64,000 nucleotides of DNA from Macrostomum lignano (taxonomy: Eukaryota), in assembly GCA_002269645.1 (NCBI GenBank), contig NIVC01001006.1:124001-188000 (forward strand), read 5' to 3'. How positions within the stretch are numbered: position 1 is the first letter of the stretch; the number at the start of each line of letters is the position of its first letter. The translations under genes and the position numbers were made by a program. The notes below the pieces were generated by a model that did not search any database, was not told the origin of the DNA, and saw only the letters and a list, made by a program, of their open reading frames with translations. Shown here in pieces: positions 12,081 to 28,176 of this stretch.

Positions 12081-13190
12081 CTAATTAAAGGAACATCCGT
12101 GAAAGGTGCAATTGTTGAAGGCAAACTTCGTACCAACAGAATAGGCAGCTTCAGTGCTAACACTAACCTCCGTCGATACTGCAGTCTCACCGACGATCTC
12201 AACAGCATCAGCATGTTCGGGTGGCCCAGCTTCTTGCTCTAGATCATGACGATTCAATGCCACCTGAACAGACTCACTCGTCTTTTGAAGCGACCGGTCG
12301 CGACGCTTGGCTAGGTACCTCCTAGTCGTTCGCTCGCTCAGCTGTCCAGTAATGCTCATTATATCGCTCATGCTGTGCCCTGCCGCCTCGAGATCGCATA
12401 TTCGCGTGACCCTGTTTTAGAGTGCAAATTTATATAGTTGGATTCATGAGTAATTGGTAACATAACATGTATCATAACATAATTAAAGTTACTATTATTA
12501 ATTTATCAGTCTTACCGAATGCAATGATTCGTGTAGGTCTTCGCAAGTCCCGCCTTCGTACTCAAGTTTCTCATGAAGCCACTCAGATAATTCTCTCCAC
12601 GGTTCTGCTTCGAGGAGAAAACAGGGCCTCCATCGTTGCGGCTGGCCAAAGGACGAGGAAACAGATTGTTGTCCTTCGTTGTAACTGGAAGCAGCTTGAG
12701 GTATTTCTCCACCTTTTCCACGTCGTAAATTCTGGCCTGCTTGTTGTCCGGCTGCTTCTTGGCCTTCTCTGGATCTGCTGACTTATTTTTCGAGGGCAAC
12801 GGAGGCAGACAGTAGTACGGCTTTCCATCAGAGTCGACGTGCAATTGAAGTGAGCTTCTATCCTTCAAGAACTTGAGGTGCTCCTGGCCTCGCTCGCCAA
12901 AGCTGTATATAATGTAGAATAAGAATTTGTCCTGCTCAACTTCAGCTGTGCTGCCTTGGAAGTAGATCATCAGCTTCCTCATGTCCCCCTCCTCGATTGG
13001 CTCAAACTGCTGCGTCCTCCCACCACTCTGGTGAAAGTCTCGAACCTTCACACGCAGCATGCTATTTGCAGAAGAAAAGTCTTCTCCATTGATGATGTCA
13101 ACGGTTAGCTTCTCGATCATCCGCAAATAGCGCTGCAGTCCAGCCCTGATGCACTCTGACTTCCGATGAACCCTCCATTGCCTATCATGA
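12081..13190 (-). CDS. Crypton-like (DUF3504-type) tyrosine recombinase, spliced; N-terminal exon not resolved
   Basis: ORF 12512-13213 (IRAGLQRYL, FGERGQE, SKNK, YTNHCIR) joins ORF 12081-12371 through a GTAAG...CAG intron at 12515-12412. Spliced sequence HCIRVTRICDLEAAGHSMSDIMSITGQLSERTTRRY; C-terminal FNNCTF. Confidence 0.8.
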
Positions 13191-16100
13191 ATCACACAGG
13201 AAAGAGAAGTCACAATCTAAAAGTAAAATCGAAGGGTAAACAGTCTAATTTAAGTGAATTATTTCCACGTACGACACTTTCCAGATCTACTGTCAGTAGA
13301 GCACTCAACACAGACTCAAAATATAAGGTGTGAAACAAAATCTAACTTTGCTGATACTCGGGTTGGTTATAGCTAGCTTCCGTTCCTATCTGATCGATTG
13401 ACAATTTCCATTGATCACCTATGTAACAGTGCATGTATGTACCGTTCCATGGAGCAAGTAATGACTCGAATGAGAGCGTATGTATATATTCAAGTGAAAC
13501 AAAATTGCCTGACAATCAATTTGAATTTCCGTGCAAAATAAGGACTCTGCTAAAACGGAGTACTTATTAGTAGACACGGCGGCCGTATCTATAATATTGG
13601 AGCTTATAGGCATGCCCGCCGTGTCTATAGGCCCTAATGTAAACGCACACATGGTACTGTTGCTTTTAATTTGGGCAATAAAGAGACCGCCTGCAGTGTC
13701 ACGGCACCCTCTTACCCTACCAATTAGTAGGGACACGGCACCCTCTGTGTCTTCAAGTGTGAACCCATTCGGCCATTCAATATTAACGACACGGCTGCTG
13801 GGCGCTGTGCAGGTTTTATTGACACGGCCGCTGTCTCTTCGTGCAAGACGCATTCTAGCTATTGTATGTATTGTTGCTAAATCTGTAAAATATAATAACA
13901 AAATTACCTTTTAAATTGTCATAGAAATATTTTTAAATTAAGCTGTGATTATTTAGACAAACTTAAATAAATTACAGAGTTCCTCTCAACTCATACAGTT
14001 TTAACACAAATGATGAGGACGCACTTTTCCAAATCCCGCGCTAGCACATGGGCTCTAAACTTACTAGCCTACTAACAGTGGGCAATGGGCATTTTTATCC
14101 TGTTTCTGCGAATTGTCATAGAATCTGTACTAGATATAATGTTTGGTCATACTAGTAGTCATAATAACCTAGGCGCAGCTTTTTGGGTCATAAATCATCG
14201 CTTTCGGAGCGGGTCTGACAGCCACCTGCGCCTCACTCAGTGTTGAGGCGGGCGCCAAATGGTCTGAGAGGATGCGGGCGGTAGCTTTTTTCTCATCATT
14301 TTGACAGGCCATCAAGATTTATGAGGTCAGAGCCTATTGTTCGTGTTCACTCAAGCGTGTGACAGCTTTGACAGCTATGCGTTTTACCCCTAAAAGTACT
14401 TTGGGATTAGCGATTAGCGATTTCTCTTCATTATATTCACTTTCTATTTAATAAGAGCTTTCTAATATATATTTTTTCATTAATTTTTGTCAATTCTACG
14501 CGAAAAGTCATAAATCATTTTGTTGCGATTTTGATTGATTTATGGCTGCACCTGTCATGTTTTTACGACCCCGAGGGAACTGATAGGATCTCTTGGTCAC
14601 GTGATTCTGGGTGGCAACAAGCTTTAGCCAATCCGAAAATTCGACGCTCATTTTAACAAAACAGCTCAGCCAATCAGAATCGACGTGTTCCATTATAACA
14701 AACTGCGGTCCAGTTGGCGGCTATTTAAACCGGTGTTTTTGGCCCGCTCGGAACAACTCCTCCTGGGACCTTAGCTTAGATTGAGACGTCCCGGAGCCCG
14801 ACCGTCGTTTCTTGATCCCCGGATTGCGACCTCCCCCATCATCATCAAGGACGAGTCCCCCGGTCATCAGCAGCGAACATCAAAGTTAAGATCATCAACT
14901 GCTAGCTATCTGCGAAGACCGTGACATCAGCACCATCCCGGGTCTACAACTGCGAAGCACTAAGCCGATTCGGTCACTGTGGATTACCTGGTCTCCGGCT
15001 GTTGAGTTTCTGATTGGTTGGGTGAGAGACTTGCTTGATTGGGTGATTCCTTATCTGTCCCCTGTTTCAGTAGCTGGATTAGGCGCACACTTTTGCTCTT
15101 TTTATTCAATCTGAGGTGTGAAGTGATCTAAGGAGAAGGTTAAATCTAACAGTTATTTTTATCGGTTTTATTTCTTTGTTCGCCGATGGCTCAGATGAGT
15201 AGCTAAGCTAGTAGATCAATGGCAAGGCAGTTCTCAGTCGATCCATCTATCAAATCAGTTAGCAAAACAGCCAATAGTGCAGAATCGGCGCCAGAGATGT
15301 ACTCTGTGCACTCTAGGTTCGCCAAGCGGCTCGGGTGATGAATCATGCGGTCTCTTATGTTCGAGTTAGCCTATCATCAGCGCTAGGAGAGGCTAGTTGG
15401 CGCGTTGAAGGCCAAAAGTACAATTCTTCGTATTTAGCAATGTAATAGTACATGTGGCTACCCCATAGTCTCGCCACTGCAAGAATCCCCTGCACAAGTC
15501 CCCTCTGTACCTGCATGGCCAATGCGATCTGGTCCCAGCAGTGTCCCTTAACATCGGCTATGACTTCGAGATTGACAGCAAAAAGACACTAGTTGGCAGG
15601 TAAGTGCAAAGCCCCTTCTAGTCGGAAGCCCGATTTCGAGAGTCCCGGTGTGGTGAGCCAGGACGCACGGGCTGGTGGCAGCGCTTAGTCTGCGGATTAG
15701 CTAATTTCTACCTTCAAAATTCTCCCTGCTTGTCTCTCGCTGTCCCTTTCTTAGCTATAGGACCTAGACTGCTCGCCACACGATCAAGCTACCATGGGGC
15801 TGACCATCTGACAGGAGTGGGGGGCCAGGACTCTAATTGATTTATTTCTGAGACCTGAGGCCCGAAGGCTTCCCCACAAGGGGGCCGAAAGGTCGAAACC
15901 CATCACAAAGAGAAAAAATGCTTTCCTAGAAACTAAGCCAACTCAAATGTGTGGTAGTGCGGACTCCCACTAACAAATTATTATTTTTAAAATTTCCTAA
16001 TAACATTTTACGGACTTTCCATTTTGCCGCCGCCCCGTTTATGGCCCTATCTGTCCACCCCCTGGCGCAATCTATGATCGACGTGTTTTAGCCCCTCTTT

Positions 16101-18204
16101 CTGGCGTAACTGACCGGCCATTTTCTGGTTTTACATGCCCTTTTTCTGTTTTGTTTGTTTTCCCGTGCATTTTCTGCGGAACTTTTGCTCGCCAAGCTCT
16201 GGACCTTGGCGTCCACGCCCTGTCCCCATTCTCTTGACCACTTTGCCCACCTTCTGCTCCTTTTTGGGTATTTAACTCAGGCCTCTTTCTTTTGCCCGTC
16301 TCCAGCTCCTTCTCCCACCCCTCCCCTCGCGCTCTCGCTCTCCCGCTCTCCCTCTTGTTCTAATAACACTTAATTTTAGTACTTGCTTATTCGTGCTCAG
16401 TTAGCCAAAACCTAATTGTAAGAGTTTAATGCATGATTTGGCAGTTGCACGAAGAAGTACGAAAGCCACAGTGGGCGAGACGATGTTATTTATTTAATAT
16501 TTAGTCGGCTACTGCATTGCGTGGGGTGGTGGTCGTAAATGTACACTGCTTACTACGAGTACAGATAAGGGGGCGAGAGTTAGAGAGAGAAAGCCGGCTG
16601 ACGTACGGATCCGGAAAAATGGGGTGGGCGCTCTATAGCAAATCAATGGCTCACACTAATTACTAAGGAAAAGTAACTCAAGCTTATTTAGTTTAGAGCC
16701 CCGCACCGCGGCTCCCCCGGAACCATTTCTGTCGTCGAGTCGACTCCAGCGTATTTTTTCTAACATTCAGCGGTTGGTTCAATAAACTAACGTTAATTCG
16801 TTCTTTGTTTAATACTAATTAAAAGCCGTTAGTCTATCTTAAGTCATTTGCCCGTGGGGCGTAAAATAACCAAGTTCTCAACTCAAAGAAAGCACTGAGA
16901 CTTCAACGTTCCGTAATACTACGTAAATTACGGTGGTGGCAGCGCTACTCCTACTGATAGTAATCAGTCGAGCATTCGAGGTACATTAATTTCGGTGTCC
17001 AAGGATCCGCTCTGAACGCTCGAGCCTAACAAAGACCGCTCATCTACGACCGAAACTACCCTCCCCCGGAATTCAGGACCCCGCGGCAGCCGGAGTATCA
17101 GGAGAAATTTCGTTGAGATTCGTCTGCGCGGTTTTTCCGGATTTAATTCGTGCGAACTCAACGTCGGCGGCAATTCAAAGTTAAAACCGCCCACCTCATT
17201 TAACCTTGTGAACAAATACTAAATACATCGTATAATATTGGCAAAACAGGCTCCTTGCCTGAGCCAAATTTACTACTACAACTACTATACTACATTGATG
17301 TCGCAGCAAACCGGCCAATATTCAAAACAACCAAGCCAAGTATAAAAGAAATTTTTCATTTCTCCGCCCCCACCTCAAATGGAAGCATAAAAAACGACAC
17401 TTATACCAATGAATGAAGGACCTACATTAGAATACTAATTTCAATAGTCTTGTATTTTTGTCCTTTACTAAGTACTTTACTAAGTATATCAAGTATGGGC
17501 AATCTTTTACTTTACTGCGTTTAATTTTTTTAATGGTTCTTTTTAAATTTCAGAACATAAAGATGGTAGGAGGATAAAAGGTAAGTGTCTTTAAGTGTCA
17601 GGTAAGTCAATTAGTCAGTAATAATGAGCCACCCAGTACAGGAAGTTGCCCAGCTCGGCTGCTGGCCTTAGATTGGCCTCGGGTACAATCGTAGTGGGCG
17701 CAGAGGGTCTTCCAGCCATCAGTAAGTTGGCTGAAATGAGAAAGAAAAGTGAAAAATAATTAAATGCAGCTAAGTAAAAGATTGCCCAAGTATGTTATTT
17801 GCAAAACGCTAGTGGAATTTTTAAATTATCAATTATATAGTTTCTGTTTCAGAAGGTAGATCAGTGAGATAACCATTTTTAAGTCGTTATGCGAATTTAT
17901 TAGCCAGCTGTGTAAAGCACAACAGTGAGGATAATTCGATCAGTTCGAAAGTGTCATTTAGACAGTTCAGAAGCGTACACTGTACATGATGATGCTCTGC
18001 CGCGAAATTTCCACAAAAAATCTAACATCAGCCTATCTTACTACTATTCGCATAATTTGCGTACCATAACGATTATAATCATTCTATAATTATGTATGTA
18101 GTTACAAATTTCAATGTAACGGTTAATGTCAAACAATTTATTTCAGCCTGGTGCCGTTTTGCAGTAGCAGTTTAAAATCATTATAAAAGGTCTTCTTTTT
18201 TTTG

Positions 18205-19696
18205 TTAGTTCACCCGGAGCAAATAGAACATCCCGGCCTGGTCGCCATAGTAACACTCGCGCTCTTCACGCAAAACCGGCTGCCAGACTCCCTCGGCTTG
18301 TAGCTTGTCCATCTCGGGCTCCAGCTGGCACAGCACGGGGTCTGTGCTGAGGAACTCCTTTCGAATGGCCAGGCCCACAATGCCGCCTGTGGTGTGGAGA
18401 TGCAGCTATACTTTATAAAGTACATCTGGTACTTCGCTAGTGCTTGTATGACACGTTTACAGCTGGGCTTACGAGCGTATTTTATGATTGGCTGGTGGGT
18501 ATGGGGTGGGTGCATGCTTCCGCGCTGATTGGCTGGTGGGTATGGGGTGCACGTTTCCGCGCTGATTGGCTGGTGGGTATGAGGTGGGTGCATGCTTCCG
18601 CACTGATTGGCTGGTGGGTATGGGGTGGGTGCATGTTTCCGCGCTGATTGGCTGGTGGGTATGAGGTGGGTGCATGCTTCCGCGCTGATTGGCTGGTGGG
18701 TATGGGGTGGGTGCATGCTTCCGCGCTGATTGGCTGGTGGGTATAGGGTGGGTGCATGCTTCCACGCTGATTGGCTGGTGGGTATGGGGTGTATGCATGA
18801 CTCGGCGCTGATTGGCTGGCGGGGTCGCCTTTACTGAATCCGCTTCTCAAATTCTACGAATTTACCCGGTTGAATTTCTATTCCAGCAACACACGGCCAG
18901 CAAATGAGCCACGATCTAATTACGCGGTGAATGAACGTTTACGGGAGTGAAATTCAACCTTATTTGATCGTGGTGGTTTGAACGAGTCTTGATTCGCAAT
19001 CAATTTTTCACCCTAGGGCCTGTCCGGTTTATAACTTATGATTAAACAGTTCCCCAGTTTGACAGTTCAAAAGTAAATTTATAACATGCGCATGTGTGAA
19101 CGGCACTTATCTAAGGCTTACTCGATCAGGTCATAAAATCTAACGAACTCTGTCCAGACTAATCTTCCTGTCTCAAAAATCTCACCTGGCTTGACCAGCG
19201 CGGCCAGGTGTCGCAGACAGGAGGGCGCGAGATGGTTCGGACAGAACGAGCCGGTGGTCAGCAGGGCGTCGTAGGTTCTCGGCGGGACGCACTTGACCGG
19301 CTGGTCACCGATCAGCTCGCAGTGCAGGCCATCGTAGATGCCCTTCCGGCGGGCCGTTTCCAGCATTTGCTCGCTGCCGTCGATGCCGTCCACGCGCTGA
19401 TAGCCAAGCTGGCGGAGTCGCTCGCCAACCAGGCCGGTGCCGCAGGCGACATCAAGGATGCGGCACTGCTGCCCCGGCGGCATCACCTTGGCGAAGGCGT
19501 CCACCAGCTGTTTCGGATTGTTGTAGCCGAGCGGCACACGGGCGAGGTCGGCCTCGTAGGTGCTCGACCAGCGGTTATAGACATCCGCCACCTGCTCCTG
19601 CGTCAGCTTCCGGTCGTCCAGGAAGGCGTCGATGCGGTCGACGACAACGTCGGGTCCGGCGGCCGCGATGGACTCAGCTGTGGCTTCGTTGCTCAT
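18205..19696 (-). CDS. METTL27: Class I SAM-dependent methyltransferase, METTL27/WBSCR27-like (~230 aa)
   Basis: Exons 19696-19186 and 18386-18205, phase-consistent GT-AG. Motifs YNRWSSTYEADL, RILDVACGTGLVG, VDGIDGSEQML, LVKPGGIVGLAIR. Exact orthology uncertain. Confidence 0.8.
18480..18830. repeat. Intronic 41-bp minisatellite, ~8 copies, each containing CTGATTGG
   Basis: Tandem GCTGATTGGCTGGTGGGTATGGGGTGGGTGCATGCTTCCGC. Confidence 0.92.
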
Positions 19697-20281
19697 TGTG
19701 AAAGCAGCGCTGCGATTTCGCTTCCGCTAAAAAAGTGTTCGGAGGGCAGCTGAGCTTATTTGGCTCGTAGATGCTTGTGCAGCCCAAAGCTTTATACGCC
19801 ACCCTAAAAGCGTACGGCTCTGTCTGTTCAGCTCTGCAAGTATATTGTGCGCCCGCCTTTGCAAACAGATAGGCTGTGGGTTGAAGCTTTAATTTATGAC
19901 CCCTGTGCACAGTGTACACTCTGCCGCGATGTGCAGTGCGGAATAGAAAGACTGCCGCTGTTTACTGAGCCGTGCATTGTACGATGCGCTAAATTAACTT
20001 TTTGCCTGCTGACCTGCAGTCCTTTAGTCAGCTGCAACTCCTATTGGGCAAACTTGTGTGACTGCCGCTATGCAGGTCCTGCGAATTTGAGTGAATGCGT
20101 CGGCTGGTGGATTTGATTGTAAACGGAACGAGTTTTATTAATCGATTTTATTTATTGCTAGAATATGACCTTCATACAGTATGCTGTTGCAAACGTCGTG
20201 TGAATGGACAGCAATTGTTCAGTTCATGCAATAGCGAACTGGCAATGCGAAATGCATGTATTCGAATATGTGTAGTATGTA

Positions 20282-20874
<593 letters not shown>

Positions 20875-21410
20875 ACTCTGAAGAGTTGAGCAGATGCGGA
20901 CTTGAAGTTTCGTCCCTACATAGAGTAACTTTCGCAAAGTTAGACATATAAAAAGTCATACCATATAACTTCGAGTCTCCTCATTAATATGATCTGGACC
21001 ACTGTTGTTGACTTAATCTGCCAGTGTACACGTTTCTGATGGGTCAGATTTTGTGAAAATTTTGTAATTCATTTGTTTTATTGCTTTTTCTCACCAGTAG
21101 CAAGTTAGGGCTTCTCACATGTTGCTGTCCGGTTCTCTACGTTTTATTAAATAATTATCGCTGATTTAATGCCCTTTTATAGCTAGCTCTATGGTTTGGT
21201 TGGTTAATTGATTGGATTGGTGTAATCCGGCCCAATACAGTGTACATGTATTATAGCTACAGTCTAGATTATACCAGCTATCTTAGCAAAGACGATGCAA
21301 GTGTAGTTTCTTTCACAGACACATCGACAATACGGGTGCTGACCATGCAATTTGGCGACAGAATAATTCTGTATAATCTTATTTATTCTTTTGGTACAAG
21401 GGTATTGGAT

Positions 21411-22505
21411 GGGAACCAGTTAATTCGGCGACAGGTTGACTCGGCGGCAGGCAATTCGGCGACAGTCAGTTCGGCGACATACGACCAGGTTAAGTTGTCA
21501 TCCATTGCGTTAATTTTGCATGTTTACTCCGATTTCAAAATAAGCCAAAGTGGTAAGCCTCACATGCCACACATATACTATGCTTTTCCCGGTGTATCAC
21601 ACATGCTTATAGTAAAACAAATGTTGAGACCCTAAGAACAATTGTTGAACAGACTAAACATCGAAAATCCTGGTTGAATTGTGTATTTTGTAATTATCGT
21701 GAATTAAATATGCATGTGTACTTCTCTAATCCCGTAAACTACGTCAACTTATATGGTCGATTGCCTTTGACACGGTTGTCCCTACCGCCGTCCGGACCAG
21801 TGGCGGATTTAGGGGGGGGGAGGCGCACTGGACGCGCGCCCCCGTTGAGTCTCAATTTTTTGCTTTTTTATATGCAAAATACAAAAATATCGTGTACATA
21901 TACATATGTACCTAATATACACTTATAAGTGTATACCTTTAGTAATCTGCGCTCCCCCATTAAAAATTTTCTGGATCCGTACGTACCTGGTCTGGACGAG
22001 ACCCAGACTCCAAAGGGGGCGTATACACGCACCTCTTTAAAAACGTGTTATTCGGCATGCTTATTTTTAAAACAAAATATTACCTTATTTTGTAGGGCCG
22101 TGTCTACTGCCGAAGAAAGATTGAGGCTCCGAAAGAGCCCGTTGCTTCTATATTTAGCAAGCAACAAAGACCCTCGAGGGTTTCATACACTGTACACAAA
22201 GCAAAAGGGGCAAAGGAAAAGGAATGGAACGAACAAGCAAACACTGGGTGACGCATCGAGACAAAGAACATTCCTACCCCACTTCCCCTCAACCCCTCTC
22301 ACACAACACAACTACACTGTACGTCATCACACCTTACTTGAATGGCAAGGATTATAATGACTATAATGAAATATTTTAAATTTCAACGAGTGTTGTATAT
22401 AGCTTTCTTTAACCTTCAGCATTCGCCGAATCGGCTGTCGCCGAACTGACTTGTCGCCGAATCGGTTGTCACCGAATTTGCTTGTCGCCGAATTAACTGG
22501 AAGCC
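21411..22505. mobile_element. Non-autonomous TIR element (MITE-like) with subterminal TTCGGCGACA repeats
   Basis: Left GGGAACCAGTTAATTCGGCGACA versus reverse complement of right end GGCTTCCAGTTAATTCGGCGACA; several inverted subterminal motif copies at both ends; TSD not clear. Confidence 0.7.
21798..21989. mobile_element. Small hAT-like MITE nested in the larger MITE
   Basis: CAGTGGCGGATTT...GGATCCGTACGTACCTG with degenerate right TIR; 8-bp TSD GTCCGGAC/GTCTGGAC (7/8). Confidence 0.6.
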
Positions 22506-23114
22506 TATTAGATCATGCATATAAGCATTTTAGTCGAATTTGCTTGTCGCCGAATTAACTGGAAGCCTATTAGATCATGCATATTAGCATTTTAGTCGAA
22601 TTTGCTTGTCGCCGAATTAACTGGAAGCCTATTAGATCATGCATATTAGCATATTAGTCGAATTAGCTTGTCGCCGAATTAACTGGAAGCCTATTAGATC
22701 ATGCATATTAGCATATTAGTCGAATTAGCTTGTCGCCGAATTAACTGGAAGCCTATTAGATCATGCATATTAGCATATTAGTCGAATTAGCTTGTCGCCG
22801 AATTAACTGGAAGCCTATTAGATCATGCATATTAGCATATTAGTCGAATTTGCTTGTCGCCGAATTAACTGGAAGCCTATTAGATCATGCATATTAGCAT
22901 ATTAGTCGAATTAGCTTGTCGCCGAATTAACTGGAAGCCTATTAGATCATGCATATTAGCATATTAGTCGAATTAGCTTGTCGCCGAATTAACTGGAAGC
23001 CTATTAGATCATGCATATTAGCATTTTAGTCGAATTTGCTTGTCGCCGAATTAACTGGAAGCCTATTAGATCATGCATATTAGCATATTAGTCGAATTAG
23101 CTTGTCGCCGAATT
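22474..23114. repeat. 62-bp tandem array, left part (~10 units)
   Basis: Unit GAATTTGCTTGTCGCCGAATTAACTGGAAGCCTATTAGATCATGCATATTAGCATATTAGTC; interrupted by the LINE. Confidence 0.95.
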
Positions 23115-23668
23115 GGGGGGCAAATGGCAATCTAAACCGAGGGACTCTGTGACATCTGCCAGCTTTTCGTCTTTCGAGGAGGCTTTTCTCCCTCCTTTTT
23201 CGCCCTGGCCTGGCGTGGAAGCGGCTAGTTTCCTCGTTTTGGTCTGCTGGTGGAGGACGGATCCCCCCTGCTGCTTTTCTGCAGGGCAGGTGGCTGCTAA
23301 GTACTCGTAGTTGGCCGCTGGCTAAGCGCCAACTACCCATCGACAGCCCATGGTTGCAACTGGTACCACACGGGTTCTCGAGGGCCGCTCCTGCGGGGGA
23401 GGGCTCGGGCGTCGGCTGTCAACCCGACCTGGCGCCTGTGTCCCAAGCCCACAGCCGGCCTCCCGCCCCCTGATCTTGCAGAGTGTGGACCGGGGGCCTG
23501 CCGGAGCCTCGCCTGGGAGCAATCCTGGGGGAAAGATGGCAACCCAAAGCCTTCCTGCTGTTCGCCGTGGCAGGGGGTAGCTCCTCGGAGCTGGCTGGGG
23601 GTATATCCAGTCCCCGAGCGGTCGGCCTGCCTTTTTCTAATTTGTGTTTCTTCTCCTTTTCAGCTTCT

Positions 23669-24587
23669 ATGGATTCTGAGCAAAAATCTTTTCCGGCTCG
23701 GGAGCCGGCAACTCCCGCGGCCGGGGGTCCGAAAATCCCCCAACCCTCCAACTCGGAGGTATCTCTCTCCGCGAACCCCGCGGTTACTACCCTGAGTGGG
23801 GTAATTTCGACTCCCACTGGTGGAGATTCTGGTGGTGACACAACCACGTACCGCGACAGCGAGGCGAACGCGGCTCCCAGCACTGTCCGCAAGAGGCAGC
23901 AGCCTGAGGACCGCACGCTTACCCCCCCAGGACCCGAAGCGCTCTAAGGGCAGGGGGACAGCCGGCTCCTATGCCAAGGTGGCTGCTGAGCCCCTCCATA
24001 AAATCTGCGTCCGTGCGGCCAGCGGGACGCTGAGCGACGCCCAGATGGAAGGTGCTGTCGCCCTCGTTGACGACTTCCTCTGGGATAACGACCATCTCGG
24101 TGTTGAGGTCGAGTCGGTCAGATTCGCCAACGGCAATCTCATCCTCGCTTTCAAAAGTGACGTCCATCTGAGCCCTGCCTAAACCAACCTGCCCAGCATC
24201 GACTGGAGTACCTCCACGGCACAGCTCCCGGAGCTGGTCGTTGAGAAGGCCCGTCATCCGCCTCCCTGTAAGAGGTATAGGGCCTTCTATTCCGGGCACA
24301 GGACGATCGAGGAGATCCGTGGTCGTCTTGTCGCCAAGCACCCCGAGTTGCCTGCGGATGGCCTCTGGGCCTACAAGGAGGTGCCGGCCAAGGACGGCAA
24401 TGGCAAGACCCTCTACATGGGCCTCTCCGCTGATTGGGAGCGCCACATGCAAGGCAAAGACCACGCCGCCTACGTTGGGGCATGGAAGTTAGTCTTCCAC
24501 CTCATCCCGAGGAGGAAGCGCAACGCCGGCGGTGAGCAGCGCCGGGACGACCCCGAGAGCCCGGACAGCTCTGACGGCGAGACTTAA
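23669..24587 (+). pseudogene. LINE ORF1 (gag-like), disrupted
   Basis: ATG at 23669. ORFs 23483-23947, 23820-24182 and 24348-24587 join through a frameshift near 23940 and an in-frame TAA at 24180. Confidence 0.6.
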
Positions 24588-24604
24588 GCTGTTCTCGACC
24601 CGCC

Positions 24605-27731
<3,127 letters not shown>

Positions 27732-27912
27732 TGTAAAAACTCCACTTCGGGGGTAAGACCCCCCCAAAGGCAGAGAGCTTGTATTTAATATAGCTGGCCA
27801 ACAATAAAGGTTGTCTGACAAAGCGTCAGCCAATCACACGCACGCGTGCAGGTGTACACCTGCACTGTACATTACACTGAGCAGAGCCACTGAGCAGACC
27901 CACGCTACCACA
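27732..27912 (-). repeat. 3' LTR (181 bp)
   Basis: Matches 32130-32319 except for one substitution and a 9-bp duplication. Confidence 0.95.
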
Positions 27913-28176
27913 TCCCTCCCCATCTACATGGGGATCAGGGATCGCAAGAGAATACATTAGCGCAACACATTTTAGTGAGGAACAATAACTCAAAAAAATA
28001 ACTTAATAATAAATAATAATTAATTAACCAGCACCAAAACTACGCAAACGCCAGATAGGAAAGCAACGACACAACAAAATAAAGGAAAATAAACCATAAC
28101 CATAACAAAGTTCAAAATCCAAAATTAAACGTCCGAATACTACAGTAATTCAAAACAGTCTCTTTCACAGATGACG

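Noticed and set aside
13419-13914. Two overlapping opposite-strand ORFs (160 and 127 aa)
   Set aside because: No recognisable domain; better explained by the GACACGGC motif cluster.
16483-16950. LTR-plus-PBS-like segment (TGTTA start, AATAAA, TGGTGGCAGCG)
   Set aside because: No second LTR or TSD, no CA end, and the same TGGTGGCAGCGCT also occurs at 15673 without LTR context.
17620-17745. Possible minus-strand exon with a good acceptor downstream of the METTL27-like stop
   Set aside because: Short, no motif and no linked exon; cannot be supported without transcripts.
23115-23340. HDV-like ribozyme at the LINE 5' end (G6 could pair with CCCCCC near 23263)
   Set aside because: No compatible P3/L3/P1.1 register could be built by eye; needs a descriptor search.
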